A stretch of DNA of 64,000 nt from Planctomycetota bacterium (GCA_947501605.1 CANMWZ010000006.1:90517-154516); one strand, 5' to 3'. Counted from the first letter of the stretch, positions 40,481 to 51,089 are shown. Notes: a model not told the origin generated them from the letters alone. Numbers and translations are program-made.

Positions 40481-41086
40481 ATGGACACACAGGAGAACCT
40501 CTGCCACATTGTGTCGATGACCATCCACGCGACTGGCGCGAAGGGACTGCTGCTGCTCGCGATGCTTGCTGTCGGGGCTTGCGGCACGAACCAACCGAAG
40601 GCGTTGGCGCTCCAGTTCGTGCAGATCGGCGACAAGGACGTCAAGAACGATGGCGGTGGCCTCGCCTACTACGGACTCGGTACCGAAGAAGAACCGCTGT
40701 CGTGGTTCGCCGACGCCCACCTCAGTTGGAGCGGCAATGTCGACGGTCGCTACTACCGCGACGCGCCACCCGGATCAGCAGGCGACGCCATCACCGACAG
40801 GAGCGCCCGGGCCGGCGCGTTGCACTTTGGTCCGTGCTACCGCGCGCTCGACTGGCTCAACCTCTACTGCGGGGCAGGTGCCGGCTACACCCGCGACTAC
40901 ATCGAGCGGTTCGATCCCACGCAGACGCTGGACCCGAGCGGCTTCTACAACGTGAAGGGCGACAGCGGCTTTGGTGGTTCGGTCTCGTTTGGCGTGCTGC
41001 TGCAACCTGGTCCCGGCGTGCTGATGGGGATCGGTTACGACCTCTACTTCGAGGGCGTCACCTACACGCTCGGCTTCGCGTTCTGA
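40481..41086 (+). CDS. Small outer-membrane beta-barrel protein (OmpX/Ail-like), possible lipoprotein
   Basis: LLLLAMLAVGAC; GPCYRALDWLNLYCGAGAGY; alternating beta strands; ends in a BAM-type signal TYTLGFAF. The start may be the ATG at 40517. Confidence 0.65.
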   Translation: MDTQENLCHIVSMTIHATGAKGLLLLAMLAVGACGTNQPKALALQFVQIGDKDVKNDGGGLAYYGLGTEEEPLSWFADAHLSWSGNVDGRYYRDAPPGSAGDAITDRSARAGALHFGPCYRALDWLNLYCGAGAGYTRDYIERFDPTQTLDPSGFYNVKGDSGFGGSVSFGVLLQPGPGVLMGIGYDLYFEGVTYTLGFAF

Positions 41087-41107
41087 GCGATTGCTACCGC
41101 GCGCCGA

Positions 41108-43621
41108 TCACTCGGCGCGCAACTCGAACACCAGCAGACCAAGCTCGCGCACATCGGCCGAGCCATTGAGGTCCTTCGGCTTCGTCGTCTCCGACTCGAT
41201 CGTGACCTCGAGCAGAGTGTCGCGCGCCACGTCGGCCGGCAGGTCAAAGCGGAACTCCTGCACGCCGCCTTGGACCGTGACCTTGCCGAGCTCGCGCGCT
41301 TCCGCGAACAGCGTGAGCTGGTGCGGACGCAGCGGGCTCGCGGCCTTGCAGACCAGGCTCCGCGTGGTCGCAGTCGGCTGCACGTAGGCCTGCGCCTGAC
41401 CGCTGCACCAGCGATACGCCGGCCCGTTCGGCTGCGGCCGTTCGAGGCCGAAGAAGCCGGTGCCGAGCACGCCATCATCACTCTCACCCATGATGATCGC
41501 TGCGCGCTTGGGCGCCGCGTTGCGGTCGAAGCCTCGACCGATGAAGTGCTTGCCGGCGTGCACGCCGGGTGCCACGACCTTGGCGCACTGCATCGAGAAG
41601 ACGATCACGCCGAGGTCGCGGATGTCCGTCGACAGGCCGGCTGCCTTGGGCGTGATGGTCTCGGCTTCGATCGTGAACTCCAGCAACTCGGCGCTCGGCA
41701 AGCCTTCCGGCAACGCGAAGCAATAGTCACCGGCGTGCTCGTCGATCGTGCACGTGCCGAGCAACTGGTCCTCGACGTAGACCTTGATCGCGTGATGACG
41801 GATCGGCGATGCAAGTCGCAAGTAGAGCGCCTTGGTGTCGTTCTCGGGCGAGAGGTAGAACCACGCGCGGCCCTTGCACCAGCGATAGGCGGCTTTGGCA
41901 GAAGGTGGATTCTCCAGCGTGTGCCAGCCTGAACCGATCGATCCGAGGTCGGTCTCCCCCATCACGATCTGCGTACGGTGCGTGGCCGAGAAGCGGTCGT
42001 GGAAGTTGTCGACGTCGCCTTGGTGGCCGCCCTCATTGATGCCGGCGACCAAGAAGCGGCGGCCGACGGTGGCCTTGACCGCGACGAGACGCTGGGTGCG
42101 GAAGCGACGCCAGAGCAGTTGCGGCAAGCGCAGCAGGTTCCACGTCCACGCTTGACGGATGATCTTCGCGATCTGACCGTGGAACTCTGGGTTGTGTCCG
42201 TCCTTGACTGCTTTCTCGAGCCACTCGATGCGACCCTTGTCGTACTTGCGGATCTTGGGCAGGACTGCCAACAGCGACTTGCGGTCGAGGTTCTTGACTA
42301 GAGTCGCCCATCGATTGCGCTCGCTCATGAAGCGGCGGCGATACAGCCGCCCTGGCGTGGCGCCGGTGTCGCCGTGGAAGTCGTGGCGCACGACGGCGAG
42401 TGGGGCGTAGAGGTTGTCGTAGCCGGCGAGGCGCAGACGCCACGCAAGGTCCGTGTCCTCGTAGTACATGAAGAACGCGTTGTCGAAGCCTCCGACCTTT
42501 CGCAGCGCCTCGGTGCGGTAAAGCACTGCGCCACCGCAACCGCCGAAGACTTCCTCTGGCATGGGCGACGGGTTCTCGTCGCGTTCGCCGACCTGGCGGT
42601 CCCAGCCCCAGCCAGCTTCATTGATCTCGATCGCGGTCGAGTTCAGTAGCGTCGGACAGCGGTTGAACAACATCTTGCTGCCGACCGAGCCAATCCGTTC
42701 ATCCATCTCGGCGGCGCGGACCAATTCAGCAACCCAATTGCGCTGCGCGTAGGCGTCCTGATTGAGCAGCACGACGTACTTCGACTGGGTTGTTTGGAAC
42801 ACGAGGTTGTTGCCCTCGGCAAACCCCAGGTTGACGTCGCTGGCGATCAGTTTGATCTGCGGAAAGTTCGTCGCCACGAACTCAGCGGTGCCGTCCTTGC
42901 TCGCGTTGTCGACGACGACGACCTCGAGGTTCGGATAGTCCTGATCCAGCAGCGTCTGCAGGCACGGCCCGACAATGTCCTTGCTGTTGTAGCCGATGAC
43001 CACCGCCGTCACCGACGGCCACTGCTCGGTGTCGGGGACGATCTCGCTCCGCCGGAGCAGGGTGTCGGCAACGCGACGCAACTCGCGCGCGGCAACGGCA
43101 GCATCCGGCGTCGTCAACGACAACGCCGGGACCACGTGCACGACGGCCTTCGGCGCGAGCTGCTTCAGTGCATGACAATCCGCTTCGGACGTGACCACCA
43201 CCGTGCGACTGACGGCGGCGAGTTGCGCCGCGAGATCGCGACGGTGATCGAAGCCGCTCACGAACGGCAGCTCGCGATCCCCGACCTTGGTGCGCAAGCA
43301 GGCGGCGAGCTTCTCGAGCCGCAGTTCGGGCAGCACGAGGATGCCCGGCACCTTGCGCACATACCGCAGCTGGTGAACGTGCAGTGCATCGTCCCCGATC
43401 AGGTAGATCGGCACATCGACGGTGCCTTGCGCCAACAACTGCGGCAAGTCGCAGAGTGAGTGCAAGCGATCGTTGGCGCACAGACCTGGCCGCAATCGCC
43501 ACGGCGTATCGACCAGGGCGTGGACAGGAATCCCCGACTGCAGCGCCGCGAGCAGCGAAGCCGCGAGCGGTGTGGTCGGAGTCATCCAGGGAGGCAGCGG
43601 AGCCGACAGTGCGAGCTTCAT
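41108..43621 (-). CDS. Multidomain family 2 glycosyltransferase with two C-terminal repeat domains
   Basis: VVVVDNASKDG, NLGFAEGNN, LLNQD, GGFDNAFFMYYEDTDL; two tandem domains (MGE..G.G...LE..YRWC..D.R.LG). Confidence 0.88.
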   Translation of the reverse strand: MKLALSAPLPPWMTPTTPLAASLLAALQSGIPVHALVDTPWRLRPGLCANDRLHSLCDLPQLLAQGTVDVPIYLIGDDALHVHQLRYVRKVPGILVLPELRLEKLAACLRTKVGDRELPFVSGFDHRRDLAAQLAAVSRTVVVTSEADCHALKQLAPKAVVHVVPALSLTTPDAAVAARELRRVADTLLRRSEIVPDTEQWPSVTAVVIGYNSKDIVGPCLQTLLDQDYPNLEVVVVDNASKDGTAEFVATNFPQIKLIASDVNLGFAEGNNLVFQTTQSKYVVLLNQDAYAQRNWVAELVRAAEMDERIGSVGSKMLFNRCPTLLNSTAIEINEAGWGWDRQVGERDENPSPMPEEVFGGCGGAVLYRTEALRKVGGFDNAFFMYYEDTDLAWRLRLAGYDNLYAPLAVVRHDFHGDTGATPGRLYRRRFMSERNRWATLVKNLDRKSLLAVLPKIRKYDKGRIEWLEKAVKDGHNPEFHGQIAKIIRQAWTWNLLRLPQLLWRRFRTQRLVAVKATVGRRFLVAGINEGGHQGDVDNFHDRFSATHRTQIVMGETDLGSIGSGWHTLENPPSAKAAYRWCKGRAWFYLSPENDTKALYLRLASPIRHHAIKVYVEDQLLGTCTIDEHAGDYCFALPEGLPSAELLEFTIEAETITPKAAGLSTDIRDLGVIVFSMQCAKVVAPGVHAGKHFIGRGFDRNAAPKRAAIIMGESDDGVLGTGFFGLERPQPNGPAYRWCSGQAQAYVQPTATTRSLVCKAASPLRPHQLTLFAEARELGKVTVQGGVQEFRFDLPADVARDTLLEVTIESETTKPKDLNGSADVRELGLLVFELRAE

Positions 43622-43811
43622 GAGATGCGTCCTGTTTCGGCAACGGCGGCAGCCGTCGCTGAGGGAATCTCCCGCGGTATCGGACGAATCGACGCACGCA
43701 ATGGAGTTGGCGGCGCCGTTCTTGTGCTGAACCGCCCGCCCAGTTGCCCGTTCGGCCACGCGTCAACCGCCGCAAGCCTCCCAGCCCTTTCCGCCAATGG
43801 GCCACCAGCGC

Positions 43812-44579
43812 ATGATCTCCGCCCTCCACGTGACCGAGCCCTCGCGAACGCCGACCCCCAGCAGCTCCGCCCGCCCACGGGCGTGGACCGCATCGCTGAC
43901 GATCCATGTTGCCTTCGTGACCACGGTTTTGGTGGTCGCGGCCGGCAGCGCCCCCGACGTGACTTGGGCCGGGATGATCGTGACCAGTAGCACGCCGTCG
44001 TTATGGGCCGACCACCAAGTTGAGCCAGAAGCGGCCGCGACCGCCGCGCGACCGGAGGTGCACTTCGAACCACCGCCGACGACGACGGTGCTGTTGGAAC
44101 CCGTTCTGGCCCCACTCGAATCCAGCGAGCGCCTGCTGCCCACCGACGACGACGAACCGTTACTGGCCGAAATCGAGCCCGAGCCGCACCGGCCCGACTG
44201 GAGCGCACGTGTTGCAGTGCATGCGGCAGTGCAGCCAACGGAGCCCAAGCCCGACACGCCGGCAGCCGTCGTCGCCAGCAGTGCCGCACCCGATGGCGCG
44301 ATCGTGCCGCCGTCGCCGATCGCGGGCCAGAACCCACCGCCGACCTACCCCAAGGCCGCACGCCGCCGCGGCATCGAAGGCGAAGTCACGGTGATCCTCG
44401 AGATCGCGACCGACGGCAGCGTCGACGCGGCCCACGTCGAGGTGTCGTCGGGCAGCAGCCTGCTCGACGATTCGGCGCTGCAGCAGCTGGCGAAGTGGAT
44501 GTTCGAGCCGTCGCGCCGCGCCGGCATCGCCGTGCGCGGCACGTATCGCACGGTGGTCGCGTTCGCGCTCGAGAACTGA
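43812..44579 (+). CDS. TonB family energy transducer
   Basis: N-terminal TM SLTIHV; Pro/Glu-rich spacer; YPKAARRRGIEGEV..SSG..LDDSAL..KWMFEP. Confidence 0.85.
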   Translation: MISALHVTEPSRTPTPSSSARPRAWTASLTIHVAFVTTVLVVAAGSAPDVTWAGMIVTSSTPSLWADHQVEPEAAATAARPEVHFEPPPTTTVLLEPVLAPLESSERLLPTDDDEPLLAEIEPEPHRPDWSARVAVHAAVQPTEPKPDTPAAVVASSAAPDGAIVPPSPIAGQNPPPTYPKAARRRGIEGEVTVILEIATDGSVDAAHVEVSSGSSLLDDSALQQLAKWMFEPSRRAGIAVRGTYRTVVAFALEN

Positions 44580-44588
44580 GCCGAGCGC

Positions 44589-45545
44589 CTACACCCGCGA
44601 CGTCGGCGCGTGCCACAAAGGCGAGTCCTTGGCGACGAACACGGCGTCGACCTGCCGCTGCAGCCCGTCGCCATCGCGCGGCAATGGCACCATGTCGAAC
44701 ATCGCAAACCCGAGCCGGTCGAACTCGGCGGTGACCTGCGCCAACAGCGGCGCACCGTGATTGACCACGTGCAGCGACAGCTCCACCACGAGGGCCTGCA
44801 CCGAACCAAGCGTTTCCTTCATGCCCAAGAGCACGTCGAGCTCGGCACCCTGCACGTCGATCTTGCACAGGTCAAAGCACCGATGTGGGTAGTCGGCAAG
44901 CAGGCGGTCGACCGTGCGCATCGGCAACTGCAAGGTGTCGCGCGGGTAGTCGCTGGCCTCTTGGTAGATCGAAGAACCCGTTGAGCCGAACGGCGTGCGC
45001 AGCTGATGGAACGCACAGTTCTCGCGCTCGGTGTCGCCGAGCAACACACTCGCCACACCGACATCGCCCCCGAGGGCGGCGGCAACCGCGGTCAGCACCG
45101 CGTGCTTCTGCGTCTGCGGCTCGACCATCAGCAACGAAGCTGCGGGGAAGAACTGGCGGGCAAGGATCGCGAACTCACCCTCGTAGGCGCCGATGTCGAG
45201 GATGCCGCGCGCGCGGAAGCCGCGACCGTGGAGCACGTGCAGCGCGTTCGCCGTGGTGTGGCGCGCGTCCTTGCTGCGATAGTGGGCCAGCGTGCGATTG
45301 GCGATGACGGTGGCCTCGGCGAACTGCTGTTCGCGCACCAGCACGCACTGGAGTACCGCGTAGGCGTCGGCGTTCTCCAGGTCGCCCGCGAGCACGCGGC
45401 GGCAGATGGCGGCAGCAAGCGCGAGTTCGCCGCCGTCGAGCGCGCTGTCAGCCGTTGCGACAGCCAGCGCTCGCCCTGGGCGCGAACGAAAGTCGAGGGT
45501 AGCAAGACGGCAGGCGAGGTCGGTCGACGCAGCAGTGGAGTTCAT
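44589..45545 (-). CDS. FkbM family methyltransferase with N-terminal TPR-like segment
   Basis: LDIGAYEG, VEP, TVDRL, KIDVQGAELDVLLG, DAVFV. Confidence 0.88.
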   Translation of the reverse strand: MNSTAASTDLACRLATLDFRSRPGRALAVATADSALDGGELALAAAICRRVLAGDLENADAYAVLQCVLVREQQFAEATVIANRTLAHYRSKDARHTTANALHVLHGRGFRARGILDIGAYEGEFAILARQFFPAASLLMVEPQTQKHAVLTAVAAALGGDVGVASVLLGDTERENCAFHQLRTPFGSTGSSIYQEASDYPRDTLQLPMRTVDRLLADYPHRCFDLCKIDVQGAELDVLLGMKETLGSVQALVVELSLHVVNHGAPLLAQVTAEFDRLGFAMFDMVPLPRDGDGLQRQVDAVFVAKDSPLWHAPTSRV

Positions 45546-45779
45546 GCGACGGTTGCCCGGCGCGTGGAACCGCCGATGGCAAGGGCGGCATCGACTGCGG
45601 CCCGCTCGCAGCTTGAGGCCAAGGCAGCGGCGGCCGGCCGCCGCGCGGCGACGACGCCTTGGTCGGGCGCAGCCTGATCCTGCCGCAGCGGACCAGCGAC
45701 CCTCACCGCAGCCGACGAGCGGTGATCCCAGAGCCATGCCGCTGGCCGCCAACTCAGACCAACGGGACCCCGACTGGAA

Positions 45780-47498
45780 TCAGAGGTTGGTGTAGTTCGG
45801 GCCGCCGCCACCTTCCGGCGTGACCCAGTTGATGACCTGGTACGGATCCATGATGTCGCAGGTCTTGCAGTGCACGCAGTTGCTGGCGTTGATCTTCAAC
45901 TCAATGCCGTGCCGCGTGCCGGCCTTCTCCTCCATCTCGTAGACCGCCGCGGGGCAGAAGTGCTGGCACGGGTTGCCGAACTCCTCGACACAGCGCGTCG
46001 AGCAGAGGTCGGGCTGGGTGACGACGAGGTGGCATGGCTGATCCTCTTCATGCAGGGTGCCTGACGAGTAGACGCTGGTGAGCTTGTCAAACGTCAGCGT
46101 GCCGTCCTCGGCAAGCTTGGTCAGCTTCGGCTTGCCCTTGCCCTTCCAGTAGCTGCCCACTGTCTTCATGAACGAATGGCCGGCCTTGCTGGTGAGGTTG
46201 TCCGCGAACAAGAAGCCCTTGCCTTTGAAGAACTGCGCGAAGCCGCCGTTCAGAAGGCCCAAGAGACGCCCCTTGTGGAAGCCCTGGTGGAAGTTGCGGC
46301 ACTGCCATAGCTCCTCGTGCACCCAGTCGTTCGCCATTCGGTCGGCGTACTCCTTGGTCGCAGCTTGATCGAACTGACCCTTCTTCAGGCATGCGAACGC
46401 GGTCTCGGCCGCGAGCATGCCGCTGCGCATTGCGAGGTGGATGCCTTTCAGGCGCATGCTGTTCATGAGGCCAGCGCTATCGCCAACGATCACAAAGCCG
46501 TCGCCGTAGTTTCGCGGCATCGAGTAGAGGCCGCCCTCGGGCAGCGACTTGGCCCCATAGTGCAGCATCTTGCCACCGCGCAAGAAGGCTGCGATCTTGG
46601 GGTTGAGCTTCATCCGTTGCAGCTGCCGGTGCGCGTCCAGGGTCGGGTCCTGATAGTCGAGTCCGACCACGAGACCGACGGAGACGAGGTTCTTGCCGCC
46701 CTCGGTCTCGCCCATGCCGTAGACCCAGCCGCCACCAAACGTATGGCTGTCGAGCGGATACCCCATCGTGTGCACCACGAGACCCGGGGCGCACTGGCCC
46801 TTCGGCACCTCCCAGACTTCCTTCACGCCGATGCCGTAGACCTGCGGGTTTTTGCCCTCGAGCTTCAGGTCCTGGATCAACTGCTTGGTCATCGATCCGC
46901 GGCTGCCTTCGGCCAGCACCACGAGCTTGCCAGCGAGGATTCCGCCCAACTGGAATGACCCCTTCTCGGCGCCGTGCTTGTCGATGCCGGAGTCCTGCAG
47001 TTGAACCCCTACGACCCGGTTGCCTTCGCGCATCAGTTTGGCGCCAGGGAAGCCGGGGAAGATCTGCACGCCCTTCGCTTCCGCGATGCCCCCAAGCCAC
47101 TTGGTCATCTTGTTCAGACTGACGACGAAGTTGCCGTGGTTCTTGAGCGGGGGCGGCGTGATCGGAAACTTGAACCCGCCGTTCTCTGTCAGCCACAAGG
47201 CATAGTCGTGGTGCACTTCGGCCTCCACCGGCGCCTTGGGCTCCATGGTGCGCCAGTCGGGGAGCAGGGCGTCGAGGCCCTTCGGATCCATGACCGCGCC
47301 CGAAATCGAGTGCGCTCCGATCTCGGCCGCCTTTTCGATCAGCACCACCTCACCAGCGATCGTCTGCCCCGAGCCCGACTTCTCAGCCGCGGTGTTGTGC
47401 GCCGCAATCAGGGTCTTGAGATGGATCGCGGTGGCGAGGCCTGCAGGGCCGCCACCAACGATCACCACGTCGAATTCCATCACATCGCGTTCGGTCAT
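45780..47498 (-). CDS. Electron transfer flavoprotein:quinone oxidoreductase
   Basis: DVVIVGGGPAGL, GAHSISGA, GIGVKEVW, KGIHLAM, HEEDQPCHL, CPAAVYE, NCVHCKTCDI 4Fe-4S motif. Confidence 0.95.
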   Translation of the reverse strand: MTERDVMEFDVVIVGGGPAGLATAIHLKTLIAAHNTAAEKSGSGQTIAGEVVLIEKAAEIGAHSISGAVMDPKGLDALLPDWRTMEPKAPVEAEVHHDYALWLTENGGFKFPITPPPLKNHGNFVVSLNKMTKWLGGIAEAKGVQIFPGFPGAKLMREGNRVVGVQLQDSGIDKHGAEKGSFQLGGILAGKLVVLAEGSRGSMTKQLIQDLKLEGKNPQVYGIGVKEVWEVPKGQCAPGLVVHTMGYPLDSHTFGGGWVYGMGETEGGKNLVSVGLVVGLDYQDPTLDAHRQLQRMKLNPKIAAFLRGGKMLHYGAKSLPEGGLYSMPRNYGDGFVIVGDSAGLMNSMRLKGIHLAMRSGMLAAETAFACLKKGQFDQAATKEYADRMANDWVHEELWQCRNFHQGFHKGRLLGLLNGGFAQFFKGKGFLFADNLTSKAGHSFMKTVGSYWKGKGKPKLTKLAEDGTLTFDKLTSVYSSGTLHEEDQPCHLVVTQPDLCSTRCVEEFGNPCQHFCPAAVYEMEEKAGTRHGIELKINASNCVHCKTCDIMDPYQVINWVTPEGGGGPNYTNL

Positions 47499-47689
47499 GA
47501 TCTGGATGCACTCGTCCTGGGATTCGTCCCGGAGCAGAACTTCGATGCGACGGGGCCTTGGTTACCCCACTAACGGGGTCCACTAGCTCCTCGCGACCGG
47601 ACTGACCCGGCGAGCCTTGGATAGCGCCCGGCACTGTGGCCGGAAGCGGAACACCAGGCAAGACCGGAACGTCCACGAGGCCCCTCGCC

Positions 47690-48091
47690 ATGAAGCGCAC
47701 CTACACGATTGCCGAAGCCAACCGGATCCTCCCCCTGGTCCGCGTAATCGCCAAGGAGTACGTCGAGCGGCGCAACCTGCGGCGATCCCTCCACCGCGAC
47801 CGCGAGAACCTCGAGAACGCGATCACGCCCGAGGGCCTGCGCAGCGAGCTGGCAGAGCTCGACGCCCGCGTAGCGGAGCAGGACGAGGCGCTGGCGCACT
47901 GCCGGCGCGAGTTCGAGGGCATGGGCATGCGCGTGCTGCAGACCAACCCGCTGACGCTCCACATCCACGGCCAGAGCCGGACCGGCCCGGTGGTGTTCTG
48001 CTGGGTAGAAGGCGAAGGCAGCGTCTGCTTCGGCCACGCCATCGGTGAAGAAGAGGACAGCCGGCGACCGCTCAAGTTGAAGACCGCCTGA
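47690..48091 (+). CDS. DUF2203-like protein
   Basis: YTIAEANRILPLV N-terminus, coiled coil, FCWVEGE...GH...E....RRPL. Confidence 0.75.
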   Translation: MKRTYTIAEANRILPLVRVIAKEYVERRNLRRSLHRDRENLENAITPEGLRSELAELDARVAEQDEALAHCRREFEGMGMRVLQTNPLTLHIHGQSRTGPVVFCWVEGEGSVCFGHAIGEEEDSRRPLKLKTA

Positions 48092-48155
48092 GGTCCCACT
48101 CACGCGCTGCGTTCGCGCCAACTCGCGCTGGCGCGAACGGTGCAGCGGCGCCAAC

Positions 48156-48464
48156 ATGCCGCGCGGCATGTTCCACTGCGCGATCCTGTTCCGGCTGAAG
48201 CCTGGCATCCCGCTGGACCGAGTACGCGGCGCGCGCGAATCGCTGGCGGCACTGGTGGAGACGCTACCTGGCGTCGAGCATTTCACCGTGACGCACAATG
48301 TCGCGACCGATTCGCACGGCTACAACCTCGCCCTGTTCGCCACGTTCGAGAGCCAAAAGGCGTGCGACATCTTCCTGCGGCACCCGGAGTACCAGCGGGT
48401 TTGGCACGCGGACCTACTGCCAGTCGTGGCCGATCACGTGACCGCTCAAGGACAGGGCGCCTGA
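48156..48464 (+). CDS. Dabb family stress-responsive alpha/beta barrel protein
   Basis: HCAILFRLK..LPGV..FES...FLRHPEY. The start may be 48168. Confidence 0.75.
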   Translation: MPRGMFHCAILFRLKPGIPLDRVRGARESLAALVETLPGVEHFTVTHNVATDSHGYNLALFATFESQKACDIFLRHPEYQRVWHADLLPVVADHVTAQGQGA

Positions 48465-48530
48465 CGATTCCGCCAGTCGCCGACGCACTGCACGCTTGAA
48501 AGCGGCGACCGCGGCGATGCAATGCGCCGA

Positions 48531-49517
48531 ATGAGCAATGTGAAGCGCGTGGCGGTGACCGGGGCCGCCGGTCAGATCGGTTACAGCCTGCTGCCGATGA
48601 TCGCGGCGGGTGGCATCTTCGGCCCGAACACGAAGGTCGTCCTCCAACTCCTCGAAGTGACGCCAGTCCTGCCGTCGCTCGAAGGCGTGAAGATGGAACT
48701 GCACGACTGTGCCTACCCCCTGCTGCAAGACGTGATCTGCAGCGACAAGGCCGAGGTCGCCTTCAAGGACGCCGACCTGTGCCTGCTGGTCGGCAGCAAG
48801 CCGCGCGGCAAGGGCATGGAGCGCAAAGACCTGATCCTCGACAACGGCCCGATCTTCGTCGGCCAGGGTCGCGCGATCGCTGAGGTCGCAGGTCCCGACG
48901 TGCGCATCGTCGTCGTCGGCAACCCGTGCAACACCAACTGCCTGATCGCCATGAAGAACGCAGCGGGCGTGCCCGCGCATCGCTTCACGGCGATGACGCG
49001 ACTCGACCAGAACCGCGCCAAGGCTCAGCTCGCGCTGCGCGCCAAGACCCACTGGTCGAACGTCAAGAACGTCGTCATCTGGGGCAACCACAGCAACACG
49101 CAGTACCCCGACTGGCACAATGCAACGATCGGCGGCAAGGCGGCAGCCCAAGTCATCGGCGACGAAGCCTGGCTCAAGGGCGAGTTCATCAAGACCGTTC
49201 AGGAACGCGGCAAGGCCGTCATCGATGCGCGCGGCAAGTCGTCGGCACTGTCGGCAGCACAGGCGGCAGTCGACCACGCGCACAGTCTGTTCACGGTCTG
49301 CGCCAAGGACGACACCGCCGCGCTCTGCGTTCTCAGCGACGGCAGCTACGGCACGCCTGAGGGCCTGATCTCCAGCTTCCCCTGCACCACGGATGGCAAA
49401 GGCAACTGGCAGATCGAGAAGGGCATGCCGATGGACGACTACTCGAAGAAGATGGCGAAGATCTCGATCGACGAGCTGCTCGCCGAACGCGAGATCGTCA
49501 AGCACCTGCTGGGCTGA
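48531..49517 (+). CDS. mdh: Malate dehydrogenase (MDH type 2)
   Basis: [63 protein letters not shown]. Confidence 0.96.
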   Translation: MSNVKRVAVTGAAGQIGYSLLPMIAAGGIFGPNTKVVLQLLEVTPVLPSLEGVKMELHDCAYPLLQDVICSDKAEVAFKDADLCLLVGSKPRGKGMERKDLILDNGPIFVGQGRAIAEVAGPDVRIVVVGNPCNTNCLIAMKNAAGVPAHRFTAMTRLDQNRAKAQLALRAKTHWSNVKNVVIWGNHSNTQYPDWHNATIGGKAAAQVIGDEAWLKGEFIKTVQERGKAVIDARGKSSALSAAQAAVDHAHSLFTVCAKDDTAALCVLSDGSYGTPEGLISSFPCTTDGKGNWQIEKGMPMDDYSKKMAKISIDELLAEREIVKHLLG

Positions 49518-49648
49518 TCGCCAAGCTGGCGATGCGCGGGTCGCCGCAGAAGCATGCGGCGGCGTATGCGCCTACGGTGGCCCGCCGCGCGGCGCGGGTC
49601 ACCCGTCGACCGCGACGGTCGCTGCACTTGCTCCTACTTCGTCGCCGA

Positions 49649-49966
49649 CTAGCGCGGCGGCACGGGCGCGCAGACCTGGATCGGCATCGGCTGCGGCATG
49701 CGCTTCGTCGACACGAAGATCTGTTGCTCGACGGTCGTGAACGTCAGCGTCTCGCAGCAGCGATCGCAGGTGACCATCCCCTGTTGGCGCAGGTCCTCGC
49801 CGAGCCCCGAGCGCATGCATTCGATCATGAGAAAGCAGCCCGGGCAATCGATGCCGAACTCGCCGTCTGCAACCGATGCATCGGTCGCCGAACCGGGGCT
49901 AGCGGTGCAACCGCCAAAGGTGAGGGCAAACACGGACGCAGCGAGCGAGATCCATCGAGTGCGCAT
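49649..49966 (-). CDS. Small putative lipoprotein with two CxxC motifs
   Basis: MRTRWISLAASVFALTFGG-C lipobox-like signal; CPGC and CDRCC. Confidence 0.5.
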   Translation of the reverse strand: MRTRWISLAASVFALTFGGCTASPGSATDASVADGEFGIDCPGCFLMIECMRSGLGEDLRQQGMVTCDRCCETLTFTTVEQQIFVSTKRMPQPMPIQVCAPVPPR

Positions 49967-50284
49967 GGCGCCGATATCGGCCTGAGGCCGCTCCGGACTG
50001 CAGTCGGAGTCCGTGCACTCGTCGATGCCATCGACCGCTGCCACGATCCAGAAGGCAAAGGCCGCCCAAACGGCTGCAGGACGGGACCGACTCCGGGCGC
50101 TCGGGAGATGGGTCGAGAAGCAAGAGTGCCGGCCGCGCCGAGTCTCTGGTTGCGGCTCGGTTCGTACGACGCCGAGATCGGCGTGGGTGGCAGGCGCGCA
50201 CGCAGGATGCACGCCTCGACCGACTGCTCGTCCTCACCGCGCTTGCCCCACTGACGACAGCGCGGTCAAACAGTCGCCCCCGCC

Positions 50285-51067
50285 ATGGATCTCGCCGCAA
50301 TCCTGATCACCGTCACTGCTGGCGTCGCCATGGGCGCAATCAACAACGTTGCCGGCGGGGCGGGCGTGTTTGCGCTGTGGGCATTCCAGTACGCCTGCGG
50401 CCTGCCGCTCGCCGTCGCGAACCCCACCACGAGGCTCGGCGCCGTCGGCGTCGGCCTGTTCGCCTGGCTCGGCTTCCTGAAGGCTGGTTACAAGGCTCCG
50501 GCGCGCGCATGGCGCCTTTCGCTGTTCTCGATCCCGGGGGCGCTCGCCGGCAACCTGCTGGCCCTGCGCGCGCCCGATCTCGTCTTTCGCGTCTACCTCG
50601 CGACCGTGTTGCTGCTGCTGATCCTGCGCCAGATCCGAGCCGGACGGCAGAAGATCGAACCGGCGATGCGGCCTGGGCTCGGCGCCCCCGGCTGCTTCTT
50701 GATCGGCGTGCACATGGGATTTGCGCAGGTCGGCACGGGCTTCATCGCGGTGCTCGTGCTGCTGACCAGCTACAGCCGCGACTTCGTGCAGACCAACGTC
50801 GCCAAGTCCGTCATCGTGATCGCGTCCTCGATCGCGAGCCTCGTCGGTTTCGCACTGGCGCCGCTGCTGTTCGAGAAGCAACCGCCAGTCATCGCCTGGG
50901 GCCCCGCCTTGTGTCTTGCCTTGGGCACCGCCACCGGCAGTTTCCTCGCCAGCAAGTGGACCGTGAACAAGGGCTCGCGAGTCGTCCAGCGCGTCGTCTT
51001 CGTCATTGCCGCACTGGCCCTCGCCGAGCAGATCGTGCAGATCGTACTGCTCCTTCTCGCGCAGTGA
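50285..51067 (+). CDS. TSUP/TauE-SafE family membrane transporter
   Basis: GAINNVAGGAG, VANPT, GVHMGFAQVGTG, NVAKS; about 8 TM helices. Confidence 0.85.
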   Translation: MDLAAILITVTAGVAMGAINNVAGGAGVFALWAFQYACGLPLAVANPTTRLGAVGVGLFAWLGFLKAGYKAPARAWRLSLFSIPGALAGNLLALRAPDLVFRVYLATVLLLLILRQIRAGRQKIEPAMRPGLGAPGCFLIGVHMGFAQVGTGFIAVLVLLTSYSRDFVQTNVAKSVIVIASSIASLVGFALAPLLFEKQPPVIAWGPALCLALGTATGSFLASKWTVNKGSRVVQRVVFVIAALALAEQIVQIVLLLLAQ

Positions 51068-51089
51068 GCCTCGCGGCTATTCTGCGCCG

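Noticed and set aside
49967-50284. Several short GC-rich hairpins in the intergenic region
   Set aside because: Expected by chance at this GC content; no U-tract and no recognisable RNA family.
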